Source: Lama guanicoe (taxonomy: Eukaryota). Taken from it: DNA of 64,000 nucleotides. The translations under genes were made by a program, and so were the position numbers. This document shows positions 34,001 to 49,000 of this stretch, piece by piece. Numbering within the stretch: the stretch's first letter is position 1; each line of letters opens with the position of its first letter. Below the pieces are notes generated by a model that saw only the letters and a list, made by a program, of their open reading frames with translations, had not been told where the DNA came from and did not search any database. The stretch is taken from NCBI GenBank assembly GCA_013239625.1, contig MU056134.1:3422477-3486476 (forward strand), in the 5' to 3' direction.

Positions 34001-37000
34001 CGGGGGATGGAGGGTAGGAAAGTCCCCTTAAGATGAACGGCTCTGGAGTCCCTGCATCCTCACAAGGGTTCTCCCCTTGTTCTGTGCCAGTCCTAACTCA
34101 GATTATGGATGGGAAGGGCAGAGATCTTCAGCGAATGAGAAAGTGAGACCTCTTATGTTTTTCCATCTACCCTTTCTGAGCATCTACTATGTTCCAGGCC
34201 TGCAGTAGGCCTGGGGACATGAACACTTTGCTCAAAATCACCGAGTAGCCAATGGCAGAGCAAGCCTAGAAGCTACATTTTCATTCACTTACTCATTCAT
34301 TTGTCACTGAATAGATACCCACCACCTGCCAGCCGGGGAAGACCTTGAACGGGTCACAGCTTACTTGGCCAAACTGAGCCCTGGCCACCTCACCACTGAC
34401 CCACCCATCCTGAGATAACCACCAAAGGCTGTTTCAGGCATCCAGGCCAGCACTTCCCAGGGCTGGGCCCTGCCTGCTAGACAGCTATGCACGGGTTGTG
34501 GGTCTCCAAGCTCTGGAGCCTCAACTCTGTAGATAGTGGCTACTGGTAGCTTCAGATGGCTGCCTAGGGCAGGGGTGGGGAACAGTTTCTAGGATGGACT
34601 CAAGGTTTGAGGTGTCAGTGGTGCTGGGACAGGGGGCAGCCAGGAATAAAAGACAGTTTCTGCACAGCCCAATCCACCCTGCTCAAGATGTAGCTGACCC
34701 TCCTGTCTCCCAAGACCAATTCACATGACAGTGCAAAGCACATGCTGTTCCCCACACAGCCTCACTCTCCCTTCGGCCTGGCACTCATCTTGAGGGTGCT
34801 TGGTGGCTCAAGGTGGGCTGGAGAGGCTGACAGCCACATAGCTCATCTGCTGCAGAATTATCCTGATGTGTCCCTGGCCACCCCTAGTGATTCTCACGGC
34901 ATATTTGGTCACGGAAGAGGATGGAAAATCCACTTGAGCCTTTGGGAACATCTTGCTCATCTCAAACAAAACCCACCCAGGGACAGAGTGGGCAAAGCAT
35001 GCCCCCGACGTGTCCATTCATGCCTTCCCACACAACTCACGGATGTAACTCATGGCCAGACTGACACCCAGACCCCCTCCTGCTCACAGGATGCAGGTGG
35101 CGTGGCCAGGTCTCCCGGGACAGCCAGTGGGCAGAGCACTCCAGGGGACCTCCCAGGCCACACAATGGAAACACAGCAGCCTTAGGCAGGAGGGTTTGAA
35201 ATCAGGGTCTGCTGAACCTCCATGCTTTTTCTCTTTCGCTAGTATTAAGCAACTCTTTTCACCCAGCTCTGAGTCAAAATGAACAGAAGAAAGTTCCTGG
35301 GAACCAGGGAACCTGGATGTGAGTCCTGTCTGGTCACTGTGGGCTTGACAGACACTTTCTCTCTCCGGGCTCAGTTTCCACACCTGTCAAACAGGAGCTT
35401 GGGCCAGACAAGTGGTCATCAATGAAATCTTTTTTAAGCAGAGGGAATTCCTCCCCTTTCTTTCCAAATATAAGCTATGCTGAAGTTCCCCTGCCCGCAG
35501 TCAGATGACAGCAGAAGCAGGGAGCAGAGGACCCTGGCTGAAGTGAGGCCAACCCTACCCACTCACATGGCCTCTGTCCACCTCCCTCTGCTGGGGGCAC
35601 TTCAGGTCCCCCCAATGATCCCCAAGCCCTGCAGACTCTAAAGCTCCTGGTCCTCCTTTCAAGGGGACGGGCTCATAGCAGTTCCGATGAGAACCACTGT
35701 CAACCACGGCCAGAGAACCTCGCTCCCCCTCAGGGTGGGTAGATATGGAGGCCAGGAGATGAGGGGCTTTTCAAAGAAACTTTCGGTCAGAGTCCTGGAT
35801 CTGAGACTCATGTCTTATCTCTACTCTCTGCTTTGGGAAAACTCTGGGCCTCGGCTTTGCTAGTGTGGGTTCCCTTCAATGGCCTTACAATAGGATAACA
35901 CTTATCTCATTCTGTCAGTCAGGCTGCTGTTTTATGGGTCACTTTGGCCCTGAAGCCAGTGCAGTTCAGTTCTTGCCGCCAAGGGTGTGAACAGGCCGCA
36001 CCCAGCCCTCCCCGGGGAGTGGGCTGCACCTAGGGGTCAGACCTTCACCAAGAGCCACGGTAAGGGGGGCTGAGTGAGGGGCCATGGTGGGCTCTGCAGA
36101 GCCACAGCGAGGAAGGCGGGCAGAGCCCACTGAAGGTGCCCCCTGATCAGCATTTATGTCCAGACTCAGCCCTCAGGCAAGGAGTCCCCAGCAATCCTTC
36201 TCCTAAGTCCTTTGCTCAAAGGTTTTGAATAAAATCAAAAGCGGGACATCCTAGGAGGGTGAAGTTGCAGCCTCCACCAGCAGGGAGGTTGCCTGTCACA
36301 GGATGTGTGCAGGATGCTGGGTACTGTCTCCCAAGGACACATCGAAGACGCGCACTGGTTCGAGAGGAAGCACTTGGAGAGGTGACCTTGCTATCAGGTG
36401 GTGGAGCTGCGATCACACCTGAGCCTTCTGCCTCTGAGTCTAGGAGTCCCTGGTCCCGGAGCTGGGAGAGCCCTCCCTCTTTTGTCTCACTGAGAGGCAG
36501 GCTGTTCTCAGGGCCTGAACGAATCAGTTCCCAAGGTCCTCTCCAGATCAGCTTCTCTACTTGCCTCCCACCCCTTACAGGCGGGCCTGGGGAGCGGGCA
36601 CCACGCCTGCCTGCCTGCCTGCCAAGGGGACGTCCCCAAACGGGGCAGGAGGGAGAAGAGACTTGAGCTTCCATCTGCTTCCTACCGAATCTTCCTGTCT
36701 CCAAAACGCCCTGGACAAAGTCCAGGCTCCCCACATCAGGAACACCTGGGAGATGGAGGCGGCTGAGCATGGGCCAGAAGAGAGGTTGTCTCACAAGCCT
36801 GGGAAAGTCCCAGGACAGCAGGGCCAGCCCTCTCATGGGATCCTGCCCCTGGCTTTCCCCCATCCTGCTGACCACTTCACTCTCCAAGTATAACTGAGCC
36901 ATCCAGACCTGCCCTGAAGAGGGACAGCAGGTGAGGCACTGAACACAAATACGTCTGAAACGGCTGGGGTGAGTGGGACAACAATGGCTCTAGTCACCTG

Positions 37001-40000
37001 GGCCCTGGGAAGAGGTGGGGTCAGAGGCACAGAGAGGAACAGCCCTGGTGCCCAAGCTGACCCCATCCCCAGGTGCCTTCGGGCTGGCACAGTGGTGATG
37101 ACAGCGGCCAAGGGAAGGGCCCCACATGGACCTGCTAGAGGCAGCAGGCAGCCAGACATAAAACACTCAAAGCAGATGCCTCTCCTGGACGTGCACACTT
37201 GGCCCAGGCTGCGGGCAGGTGGGAGGCTGGAAAGCCACACCCAGTATGGCCACTGCGGTGTCCCAGGGCAGGGAGCTGCCTAGGGCTGTGAGGTGCCAGG
37301 CTGGGGGTTAGGGGCTGGGTGGGGGAATGAAAGGTAAAAGCTCTCTGGCTAGCCCCACAGGTCAAGGTTTTCTCATAGCCAACCCCCATCCCAGTCAAAA
37401 CCAGCCACTCCCAGGGGGCCCAGCTGTGGTCAGCATGGCCTGAAGGATGTGTGGGAGAAGGTGTCAAGGACCCACAGTAATACCGTCTGTCATTCCACCC
37501 AGGGAGGGACCCAGGCACCTCCGGGTACCAGCCGTGAGGAACCGGAGTAGAAGCGACTCCAGTCAACACCCTAGAGCTCAGCTCCCAGGGCAATAAAGCT
37601 GGCACGCTTGACCCTCGAGCAGAGTCAAACAGGAACAACAGACCCCTCGGGGGCCAGAGGGAGGGACCTGGGGTGGAGGAGCCCCTGACTCCTGGCCTAG
37701 CAGGCTCCTGACCCACACTCACTCCCAACTCTCTCGTGCTCCACAGAATAATTGGAACCAGAAGAAGCTCCCACCGACAAAGGGCCCTTGTTCCCGGCTC
37801 TTTATTCGCTCTGCACTCCGGGGCTGACCACCACGCAGAGCTGAGTGTGGATCTGACGGGGAGGAGCCCAGAGCTGCCCTGACTGGGGGCACAGCAGGGA
37901 AACCTCAGGCTGGCAGGTGGTGAGGGCCCCAACCTTGACCTCCCGCCCACTCTGAAGTCGGTTCATCAAAGTCAGTCTATCACCACCAGCGTAAGAGCAC
38001 AGATGTGGCCTCAGCCAGCCTAAGGCCCAAATACATGATCCACTTGCAGGTGACATCCCCAGAATCCCTGGGGCAAGGACAGTGGACCTGGACCTGCCAG
38101 CTTGGGCATCATTAGACCAGGACTGACTCTGTGCCAGGCCCTGTGCTCAGGGCCTCATAGACTTTCACATTCAGTTCTCTTAACAGCCCATTGTACAGGT
38201 GAGGAAACTGAGGCTCAGAGAGGTAAAGTAGCTTGCTGTGTTCTCCCAGTTGACAAATGGAGAAAGCGAGACTGAAGCACAGATCTGTCAGGCCTCAAAG
38301 TCCCTTCAACAGCAGCTGAATGATCACAATTTCCTTCTGTTTTCTTCACTACTTGTGGAGGTCCTGTCCATTCTCTGCATTCACAGCACAGCACCTGCCA
38401 TTTATGGGGCGCGCCACCAACAGAAACACATGACCACACCAGGGAAAGCGTGGGTGTGCACTGACCAGCTTCTTTCAGAGACATTCCATCCTGTGAGCCT
38501 CACTACAAGCCCAAGATGAAGGCAGAGTGGGAATAATTGTTCCTTTTAACAGATGAAGAAACCGGGGGCCTCCAAGCGGTCAAGGGACCCAGATGTGTTT
38601 TCTGACCCTCAGCCCCATGCCCGTCCCACACTATCAGATGTACTGCACCCCATACTCCACCTAAACCACTGACAGAGGGGTGGGCAAAGGAGTTCTGAGA
38701 AGGGGGTGCCAAGGAGACAGGGATGCTTACACTGGGGGAGAGAAAGCCATGGGGGCAAATATGTTCTTCAACTAGAAGAGGCTGAAGTTACCAGTGCTGC
38801 CCGGGGGGCTTGGGGCCCTGCTCTCCTATTACAGCTGGAGAGAGATGAGCCCCTGGGGGTGGGGGAGGGGTGTGCTAACCCTGGGTCTGGAGAGAAGGAG
38901 AAATCTCCATCCTCAGCGAGCAGGCTCTATTCTTCAAAGTAAGAAAGTTTGAGGTGGAAACAACCCAAATGTCCACTGATGGATGAATAGATAAACAAAA
39001 TGTAGTCTGTACTACGTACCATGCTATTCAGCCTTAAAAGGAAGGGAATTCCGACACATGCTACCATTCAACACAGAAGAACCTTAGAGACTTTAAGTGA
39101 AGTGAGCCAGTCACCAAAAGATAAATATTGTAGGGTTCCACTTACACAAGGCACCTAGAATAGTCAAATTCAAGAAAATAGAACGCTGGCTGCCAGGGGC
39201 TGGAGGGGAGAGGGCAGAAGGAACGGAAAGTTTCTGTTTAATGGGTACATACCTCCTGGTTGGGAAGATGAAAAGTTCTGGAGATGGACGGTGGTGACGG
39301 TTGCACAACTTTGTGAATGTACTTAATGCCTCTGAATGGTACACCCCAGAATGATTAAAATGGTAAATTTCATGGTATGTATGTTTTACCAAGGTTGAAC
39401 AAAAAAGTAAGGGAGTCTAGATGTTAGATGTGCCAGTCTGAGCTCTGAGAACACTCCCAGTCCCGAAGGCAGGGGGCTGGCCTTCACGACCTCCTCCTGA
39501 GTGTCACCATAATAGCTCTGACCCCTCACAAGCTTCCAAGTGGCCAGGTCAGGAATGTCAAAGAAATCACCCTCCTTTCTCAGTCAGACACAGGCTCCAA
39601 GCTCCAGATGGGATGAGGAAGGAGGATGGGCTGGGCGAGGGTGAGGCACCCCACCAGGATGGAATGCTGCAATGGGGGGTGGTGGGGAGGGGAGTTAGCA
39701 CTCCAGGGAGGGGGACAGCTGGAGCGTCCCCTTCTCGGCCTGGAACCTGCCCCTTCTCACTGCAGGGTCTTGAGCTCCCCTATGTCCAGGGAAGGCTGGC
39801 CCTGGCAAGCTCCCAGGAAAGTTCCTCCCACTGTGGCAAAGACAGCCTAAGGCTGGGGGCCGTCCTAGGCTTGTGGCTGAGCTGGCAAATGGGAAAGCAG
39901 GGGTGTGAAGGGGATCCCAGGTCTCGGACCCCTTTCATGTGTGAAGTCTGTGGCAGAAACTGAGCTGTGAGGCGCCTGGGGAGAATTCTCCCCCCTGGCC

Positions 40001-43000
40001 CAGCCAGTCAACAAGGGCTGGACCTGGGAATACACTAATCAGCCAGCCAGTAAGGTCCCAGTTGGGGACAACACATCTGGAGCCTGGAGCAGCATGGCTG
40101 GAAATAGACTGGGATAAACATACAGGAGTCTCCTGGGGCCACGGAGCCAAGGCAGAGGAAGGGGGGCCTCCTGGCTCAGGGGCCCCTGGGCCGGGTGGGG
40201 GTGGGGCAGCAGGAGGAGCAGACAGTGGGGGGCTCCAGGATGGAGGAGCTGAAGGTCTGGGGAAGGAAGGGAGGGCTCCTGAATCTAGAAGAGGAGACAC
40301 GCAGCCTGCTGACGGTATCTTCCACTAGATTTGCAGTGTTGCAGCGACAAAGGGCAGATCCTGAGTGTCACAGGCTGACATCTGAGTCTGCCTCTGCCCC
40401 ATCTAAGAATTTTCATTTACTCATGTGCCCAGCAGCTGACCAAGCATGAGCAACCCTAGGATCGGGTCCTCGAATCTGGGCCCCTCGCTCAACCACCAAT
40501 GCGGTGTGTGGCTGTGGCTACGTCACTCACCCTTTCTGGTCTCAGTTTCCTTGTCCCCCTCAAAACAGGACTGGATAAAACGCCCTCCACGATTCCTCCT
40601 AGCCTAAAAACCCTACTGATTCCTCTTTTATTCATTCCTTAAACCTCCCTCTTACTTGCGTTGCTCACAATCCCTCCCGCTCAGGGCAGGCGGGCTCCTT
40701 AATTTCCTGGGACACTCCCTGGACATTCCTGCCTCCCTGCTCTTAGCCCTGTGGGCCCTTTCCCCCAGAATACCTGCCCCACTCCTTTCTGCTGATCCAG
40801 CCCCTGCTAGAATAACAAAGCCTTAAAATGGCAATTAATGTGCTGGCCATTATGTAAAATGACTTTTATGAAGTCATTTTGACAGTGTGACAAAAAAGGT
40901 TAATTATAAAGCCTACATACAGCCTAGAGAAAAGGGGGTTTATGATAACATTATGTGAAAACAGAAGGAAAAAAAAAGCCAAAATACACACCATCATTAA
41001 AACCATATAAAAATTCGTGTACGTGAGGAAGGAAAAAGGCACAAAATAAAACGGCCGTTTGGGAGGAGTGGGAGCAGGGATGGTTTGTGATTATGTTTCA
41101 AGTCTCCTCATTATTATCGCTACTTTCTTTCTAATATAAACACTGCTTTTGGAATTTAGAAACCCAGTGCTCTCAGATTCCTCTCGCTCCACCTCCTCCT
41201 AGAACCCTCCCTAACGCTAGCCCACGATGGTCTTTCTTTCCTTGTTTGAATCCTTGTGGTGCTAGTTTCCCTCTTGTTCCACAGGAAGCAGTGGGGGACA
41301 GGAGAGCCCCTAGAGAGGGCAAGGCACGGGCTCTGGCTCCAGTCCTGGCTCCCCCACCAGCCGGCCCTGGCCTCGGACAGGTTACTTAACCTCAGCTTTC
41401 TCATCTTTAAAGTGTGATGACTTTCCTACCCTGCAGAGTACTAGGTAGAACCCCTGGAGTAATGGCTGTGAGCGTTAGCCCAGCACGGGGCTAACACAGA
41501 GCTGTTACCCTCACCACCAGCATCACCATCACCATCCCCACCGTCATCAGCACCTTGCCTTGTCCTCTAGCTGTGTGCCGTGTACTGACAATGCTTGTCT
41601 TTCCAATCTGGCAGAAGATTCCTTAAGGCCAGGCCCCTGCACTTCAGAGCAGCCAGTCCGTGCTGTGCACACTGCAGAAGCAAAGTCCCCACCCTGGCTC
41701 TTTTCCACGCACACTCATTCTGCTTTCTTCCAGGTACACGAGGCAGAAATGTCCCCCGCCCAGGGGTGAGAGGACACCAAAGGAGGCCTTCCGCTCACCT
41801 TATGCCATAAGGTGGGATGCAGGGGTGGGAACCCCCACCTCCAGCTCCTTCTCCAGACCACCAGCCATGCTGAGCCCTTCCCCCCGGGCTGGGGGACTCC
41901 CCGATGAAGGCCTGGGGCACAGGGACACAGCGCAGGGGAGAGAGCACGGCCTTCCCTGCACAGTCAGCAGAGGCACCAGGGCCTCAGCGTCCTCGTCTAC
42001 CAAACAGGGAGGCTACGACTGTCATTTTCCTGGCAGTGCTGTTGCAAGGCTCACGTGAGGACATCTGGGAATGGGCCTCCCACAGCACAAGTGCTGGACA
42101 TACACTGGTGGTCAGCGCTGCCACCTGCTATCACTCCAGGCTGCCCCTTCTCCCCGCCAGCTCCGATCCCCTGCCCCCAGTGCTGCATCTGGCCAACCCA
42201 GAGACGGAGACTCATCCTGGAGTAAATGCCTGGAGCTTAGGAAACGGGGTCCCTCTCTGTTCTCTGGATGAGCTGATCTAGGAGGGCTTAGAAAGAAGTG
42301 GGGCAACAGGGGTGGGCTTTCTCCCCGCTGCCTCCCCTTCAGGCCACCTGGACGTCCCCAGTGACTCAGTTCCTCCTGTGGGGCGCCCCTCAGTTCCATC
42401 CTCGGCGCCTGCTGAAGTGGGGCAGGACCGAGTGCCAGAGGCTGGTGCCAATTTCCTTCCTTGGACACGTGGCAGGAATGGAGGTGGGAGCGAGCTGTGG
42501 GAACAGACCGTTCCGTGGCTCCGTGGGGCCTGGCCAGGTTGGAACAGCTCAGTGCGGCCTCTACAGCCCAGCCTGTCATCCTCAGTGGCTCCAAGGGCAG
42601 TCCAGGGCAAGCAGACTTTACAAGGCATGGCACACCTCTGTGGGGACACCCCTCCCCCAATCTTAGGGGCAGGATGGCTCCAGGGCTGAGGGCCAAGGGC
42701 TGGGCCTTGGGGAGCTGAGGGCTAGGAGACTTCAAAGCCCTCCAGAGGACACTGGCTCTGAACTGGCTGTTCACAGGCCCAGGTCAGCTGGCAGCAGCAA
42801 GGTTTGTGTTTCTTTTAATATCAACTCCCAGGCATTTAACATTCCTCGAAGCTTAAACACAGAAACATTTTCCTCACCAGACTGTGCTTTCTGCTTTGCC
42901 AAACATAACCTGGCTTCCTCCCCCTCCCCCACCACCTCCATCTGCTCCTGTCTCCAAGATGTAATGATTAATGGTGTGTCCCCTGGGGCCTGCACAGCTG

Positions 43001-46000
43001 ACAGCAGTGAGGGGGAGGGAGGCAACAGGGCTGCAATGTCCAGGTGGGGACCGTGCCATTGAGGCCTGGAACCTGGGCTCTGGGGTGGGGGGTCAGCGCC
43101 CATGTTGCTCACTGTGCTGGCTGCCTGGGGCACCCTTTTGAACTCTTCCACTCTGCAGCCACTAATGGCCCAGAGGGTGTGGTGGTTGGTCAGGCTTCTG
43201 GGCTGGGTACCTTCTGAGGCTGGACAGGCCAGCTGGGGGATGTGGACTGGAGCGCCCACTCCTTAGCCCTGCAGGAAGTAGGTTCCTAGGCCTGAATTTA
43301 GAGCTCACGCTCATCAGCTCCCATTTCCTAAATAATGAAGGACCAGCTCACAGTTGCCTGGCAGCACTGTATCCCTGGCAACGATGCTAAAGAGTGAGGT
43401 GCAGGCCCCACAGCATCAGGAAGGGCCATGCTCAGGAATGTGGGGCACCATGAGGCAGACGGTCGGGCCCCACCAAATGGTGCCATCTCCCTTGTTCCAA
43501 CACTGGAAACTGAGAAGGCCCATAAGATTTCCCAAGGGGGCACAGCCACAAGGACACCCAGCTGAGTGAGACACCCATCTCTGCAGCCTCAACAGTGCAT
43601 CAGAGAACAACAAAGGCTTCCTGTAAAAAAGCATCATTCAGCTCCCTGCATCCAGATCAACCCTGGGGCAATTGTTAAGAAGCCCAGAGCCCGTGCCTCA
43701 ATCCCAGGGCATGACAGTTACTGTTTCCCTCGATTTCATGGTCAAAGAATCAACTCCCAAACCAGGACACTTATGTCATAAGCATGAGGCCACACAAGGT
43801 GCCAGATGGAGTGTGGATGGCTCCACACCAAATGTGACCTCTCCAAGCCTGCATCCCCTTGACAGGTAAGTGAATAGCAGCCATCTTCAAAACTGGCCAA
43901 ATTTCCAAAGACACAGGCTGCAGATAAAGCCCTTTTCCCTACATAAGTTTATAGGACACCAAGAAACGCAGCTGACGCTTCTGCTCGTACCCCGCAGAAA
44001 TCACCCTGAGACAGTGACCTCCTGGCACGGGTGAGTAAGGCCCAGCAACCCTAGCAACAGGTCAGAGACCAGCCACTAGCAGCCCAGCTGGATCCTAAGC
44101 CCTTCCAGTCCAGTGGTAAATGCTCGGGGCCTCACGCTCTCATGGCAGACATTGCTAATCCGACACAGCACTCACGGATATAGCATCAGAACCCTTCTTA
44201 ACACTGTGTTCCTGGAAAAAGCCATCAGTAGGCTAGAGATGGGATATGAAAACAAAGGTAGCTGTCATCCTTCCATCCAGTCCATCCTGCAGGAGTGTGG
44301 ATGACCTGAATCAGATGTGGGAGCCCAAGGAACCAGGCACACATGGGCTTCCGGGGCTAGAATGAGACTCCATCTCCAACAGGGGAGAACAACCATCTCA
44401 GGGAACTTTTCTCAAACCAGCTTTGAGCCCAAGTCACAAAAGGCCAATCGCCTTGACCAAGAAGATAGGGGAGAAGGACGCTGTCCCGGCGGGCACCACC
44501 TCCGGGCAGCTCCCCGAGCCTGGCCCTGGTGCCCCGGCAGCGTCTGGCCCCTCACCTGGATCTGCCCTTTGCCCATGATCTTGTCCACAATCTCGTTGTT
44601 GTCCTTGTTGACCTTGGTCTTGTCATAGCACTTCTCGTAGCACAGGATCCTCAGGGACTGAGAGCCCTCCAGCTCAATCTCAAACTCCTGGGGAAACATG
44701 GGGTAGGGTCCTGAACCTCCGAAGCTGACCTGGCTTCCTGGCCACAGGTGGGCCCCACCTCGGCAAGGGCGAGAGGGGGTGCAGAGGGCCCGTGAGGACT
44801 ACAGCATGAGGCACTAGGCAGCTTCTTCACTTCCTGGGGCTCCAGAGGCCTCCAAACCTCCGCTGAAGTGGAGTTTGGGGCCTGAGCTGAAACCCCGTTG
44901 TGTCTAGACACAAACACGAGGTTAGAAGCCAGATGAGCAGGGAGGAGAGGGCAGGGGAGTCAGAGGGATGGGGGTGGTCCAACAGCAGGCATGAACGCCC
45001 CCAGCCAACCGGACATGAGCACTGGGAGTGGGATGGGCACGGTCGGGGACAAGCTCAGGGGTCCCCTGCGGGGACGGACACCAGCCCCTCCACTCACCTC
45101 ATCCCATTTGGGCTCTGTCGTGTCGCGGAACACCCTGGTTTTGGCTTTGCTGACAAAGTAGCCAAACGAATCCACCTCCAGGGTACAGTACAGGTCTGTG
45201 GCAGAGGGGGGATAGGCAGAGACACACCCAGTGAGGCCCGAGGCGCAGGAACCCGTGGGTGAGGGAGGGGGATAATGTATCAGCACCCCTTGTCCTCCTG
45301 GGGTGGGGCCTGGTGCCTTCCTGCCCGCAGCCTGGTGTGTTCCGGCCCCTTCCCACTTCTCCGCCCTCCCCGCTGACCCCACCTCATGCACCGGCACCAC
45401 CCCCCCGCCAGCCACGATGGTCCCCTCCTGCCAACGTGTCAGCTGCTACCACCTTAGGGTCCCTGCAGTACCTTCTTGCCAGATCTTGGCTTAGTGACTC
45501 CTCACCACTGAGGCCTCATGCCAAGGTCTTCACCGACGACAGACTACAGGAGCCACCCCTCCCCTCCCCTCCCATCCCAGGTTCCTCAACAGGGGTGTCC
45601 CTGGAGGGCACCTGGCCTCTGGGTACTGAAAACCTGGAGTGACCTCAGTCACTGTGACAACCAAAAATGTCCCCCACACTCCACAGGCTGTTTGCTGTTT
45701 TCTTCATAGTGCTTAACTTTAACTGAAGTTGTCTTTTCTGACCATGTGTTTTCGGTCTCCCTTCCCTCCACTGCATCAACACTACACAGGCAGACGCCTT
45801 GTTTTCCCAGCCACCGGTGTACCCTTGGCACCAAGAACTGGGCTCGCACATAGTAGGTACATGGCAAACACTGGTGGGTGAATGAATGGTGCTCTAACCT
45901 CCCCCAAGTGCTTCAGGTAACAAAGTGGTAGAGGGCTGGGACGGGGGTGCGGGGGGAGCCTTCCCTGGCATTTCCATCTAGAACCATGGCCTTTAAGGCT

Positions 46001-49000
46001 AAATATCTTGCCCCCTCCACCCCGAGATCCAACTGACGAGGCCACAGCACTGGTGGTTACCCCAGGTGCTCTGCAAATCCACACAGCCCTCCAGGGCTCA
46101 GACCCTGGCAGCCTCCCCCTTCACTGGCGCTGCCAAGGTTGTTTCCCACGGTAATGGTGTGTTTAGGGGGCGGTTTTGGGGGACCACAGCCAATCCTCTG
46201 CAGTGTGACTCAGGAGCAAGGGGCAGAGGTCAGAGGGTGGATGTAGGTGACCCTCCCAGGCCCCAGGGTTGCCCAGCTGGGCTGTTCTCCGTCAGAAGGG
46301 CTTTCCTGCAGGAGGCAGAGTGGGTAGCGTGTCCCTAAGCTGTCTCTACCTGGGTGTGATGGAGACCAGCTATAACCAGGTATCAGAGCACACTGCGATG
46401 TGGGTGCAGGGGGGCACTGCAGAAGGCCCAATGCACCCCGGCCTCCGTCAGACCAAAGAGTGTGTGTGGGGGGCTGAGATGGAGAGGCAGAAGTGCTGTC
46501 ACCATGAACTGACTCTGCAGTGGAGTGAACCTTCTATCAGGGGTTGGGGACAGTTCACAGGATAAGAGAAAGGGCTCTGGAGTCAGACTGTCTGGTCAGA
46601 TTTTGGCTCTGCACAAACCACCTACCCTCTGTGCCTGAGCGCTTCATCCATGAATCAGGAATGGGAACGGTGCCTCACCCTAGGCCTGACTGTGCAGGTG
46701 GAATGAGCTCACTAGGACAAGCAGCCATGGCTGAAGATACACGAGGCCTGACCCCCATGTCCGAATGAGTGCCTGCGCGGTCAGGGGGCTGGTGGAGGGA
46801 GATGGAGGACTGATTGGAGGTGAGGGGAGACTCCAGCAGCTCACCCCATATCTGACTGCTCAACCCGGTTTAAGAGGTGGAACATCTGCTCTGGAGGAGT
46901 GGGGTGCCCCACCCCAATGGGTCTGCTCCCTGAGGCCCATTCCAGCCGACAGGATGCAGAGAGAGCGGGGGTTGAGACATCTGGGCATGTGGAGAGGGGA
47001 GGCGCCTGGTCCAGCTCCGTGGGCTGCGGACTGGGGGATGTGTGACAGCCCCGTGGGGCTGACTGACCATGAATGTTCCTGGGAAGCTCCCTCACCCCCA
47101 CCCCAGGGGGTTCTGTGGGTCTGGGAGGGTCCAGGAAGCTGTCATGTGTACAGCCCGAGGGATGAGCGTGGTGGTCCTGGCCCTACTGAGAAAAAGCTTC
47201 CCACTGAGGGGAAAGCGTGGGCTTTGGTGTCAGAAGACATGGATTCGACTCCACTACCTGTGTGACTTGCCGGGTGACCCTGAGCAAGCCCCTGGAGCCC
47301 TCTTTGCCTCAGCTTCATTGTACGTCAAAGGGGAAATGGTGTCAGTGACCTTGGAGGGATGCCAGGAGAATCAGAGCAGATAACACACCTAAACAGGCTT
47401 TGAACAGGCACTGTCCACTCGCTGGCCACGTTTGCATTCTCGCCAACACCTAGTAAGGGGCCCAGGCATGCAGTAGGTGTCTGGAAATAAACTACTTCAT
47501 TCAGCATGTCTGAATTCCTGTTTGTTCAAGGGTAAAGGAGACCTGGTTTCTGCCCTCTAAGAATTCATACTGATTTTAAGGGACAAAACAGTATGACAGG
47601 TGCTGTAACCATGGTTTGCCCTGGGGTGATGGGAGCACAGAGAAGGGAGGCCGATTTACCGCAGGAACCCAGGCTTCTTAGTAAAGGTTTATTGAATGAC
47701 TGCTTGTGGGCCAGTAGCATGACCTCTGCATGGTGCACTGCAGGGAGAGAGGCAAAGATGGCTCTCACCCGCCAGGGAGGAAGAGAAGGGAGTGGGAAGG
47801 GGCAGGCTGAGAGGAGTCAGGACCCCTGGGTTTCTGATCCTGTGTGATGTTAAGTCCTTCTAATCTCTCTGAGACTTAGTTTTCTCATCTGGCAAATGGG
47901 GAGAAACTATTAGCTGTCTAACTGATTCACAAATTCCTACAGGGAGAAAAATTAGATAAAAATGTAACTGTATCTTGTGAAATACTAGAAACTGCACAGA
48001 TTTCATAGGTCATGATAAAGAAGGGAGAAAAAGAAATGTGTGTTTGAGTGAGCTGGCACTGCACATACACGGTCATGTTTAAGCCTGCTCTTAGGTCAGT
48101 AGTAACAAGTGTGATTGCCTTTTATGGAGAAAAAAGCTGAGGCTCAGAGAGGTTAAGAGACTTCCCCAAGGTCACAAAGCATACAATCGGCAGATGTGGG
48201 ATTGGAACCTAGTATTCCAGACCCCTGGGGGTGGCGGAGGATTTGGGGAAGAACAGACCTTGGAGACAAAGGGCAGGGACAATTCTGGCCTTTGTCGGAA
48301 ACACCCCACATCTCAAAGCAACTGTCAGGGCCCCAGCCTGAGCAGACCACAGCAGAGCCGCAGTGGGAGGCCACATGAAATAGGTCCATAGGGCACTTAC
48401 TGGCTGACTGCTTAAACCCCTTGGCAGAGTGGACAATGACGTGGAGGAAGCCATAGAGTCCTGGAGACTCGTCGTCTGCAAGAGAGAAAAGCCCCCAGGG
48501 AGGGGGGTGATGAGAGACCTGTTTCTTCCCCCCTCACCCCAGGCTGGCCGGACAGGGTGTGAGACAGTCTGAGCCTTGGTTCGACAGCACCACCTGGTGC
48601 CCAGATGAAGAAATTTTCTGAGTGCACTGCTTCCTAAAAATGGGAGCTGGTGCCCCTTCTCCCTCCACTCAGCCTGGGCAGCCAGCCCACACCTTCCTCC
48701 TGGGCCAGGGATTTCAACCCATTCCTGGGGGCACTTTCCCTCCCACTCTGAATCATGCCTATCTCATGGCTGCCCTATTCAGTCTAGCCTTTCAAAGTGA
48801 AACAACATCTGTGTAAGTCAGTCACTCTGCCAAATGAAGATAAGGTCCAGCTCTGCCTCCTCTTTGGGAAATGGGAGGCAGATGACCCCCAACGGCAGAG
48901 GAGCTTGCCTTCAAAATCCCCTTTCCATAGAGTGTGCCCCTTCCCAGCACCCATGACAGCCACTCCAGGCCAGCTCCCCCCCCCCATCACAGCCCTCCCC

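Noticed and set aside
36216-37950. Tandem 228-aa and 271-aa ORFs on the ABR sense strand in intron 16
   Set aside because: No recognisable domain, weak or non-ATG starts, composition typical of GC-rich non-coding DNA; a BLASTP or PhyloCSF hit would reopen this
41474-41495. Perfect 8-bp hairpin GTTAGCCC-AGCACG-GGGCTAAC
   Set aside because: Short stems like this are expected by chance in 64 kb, and it lies at a decayed MIR end
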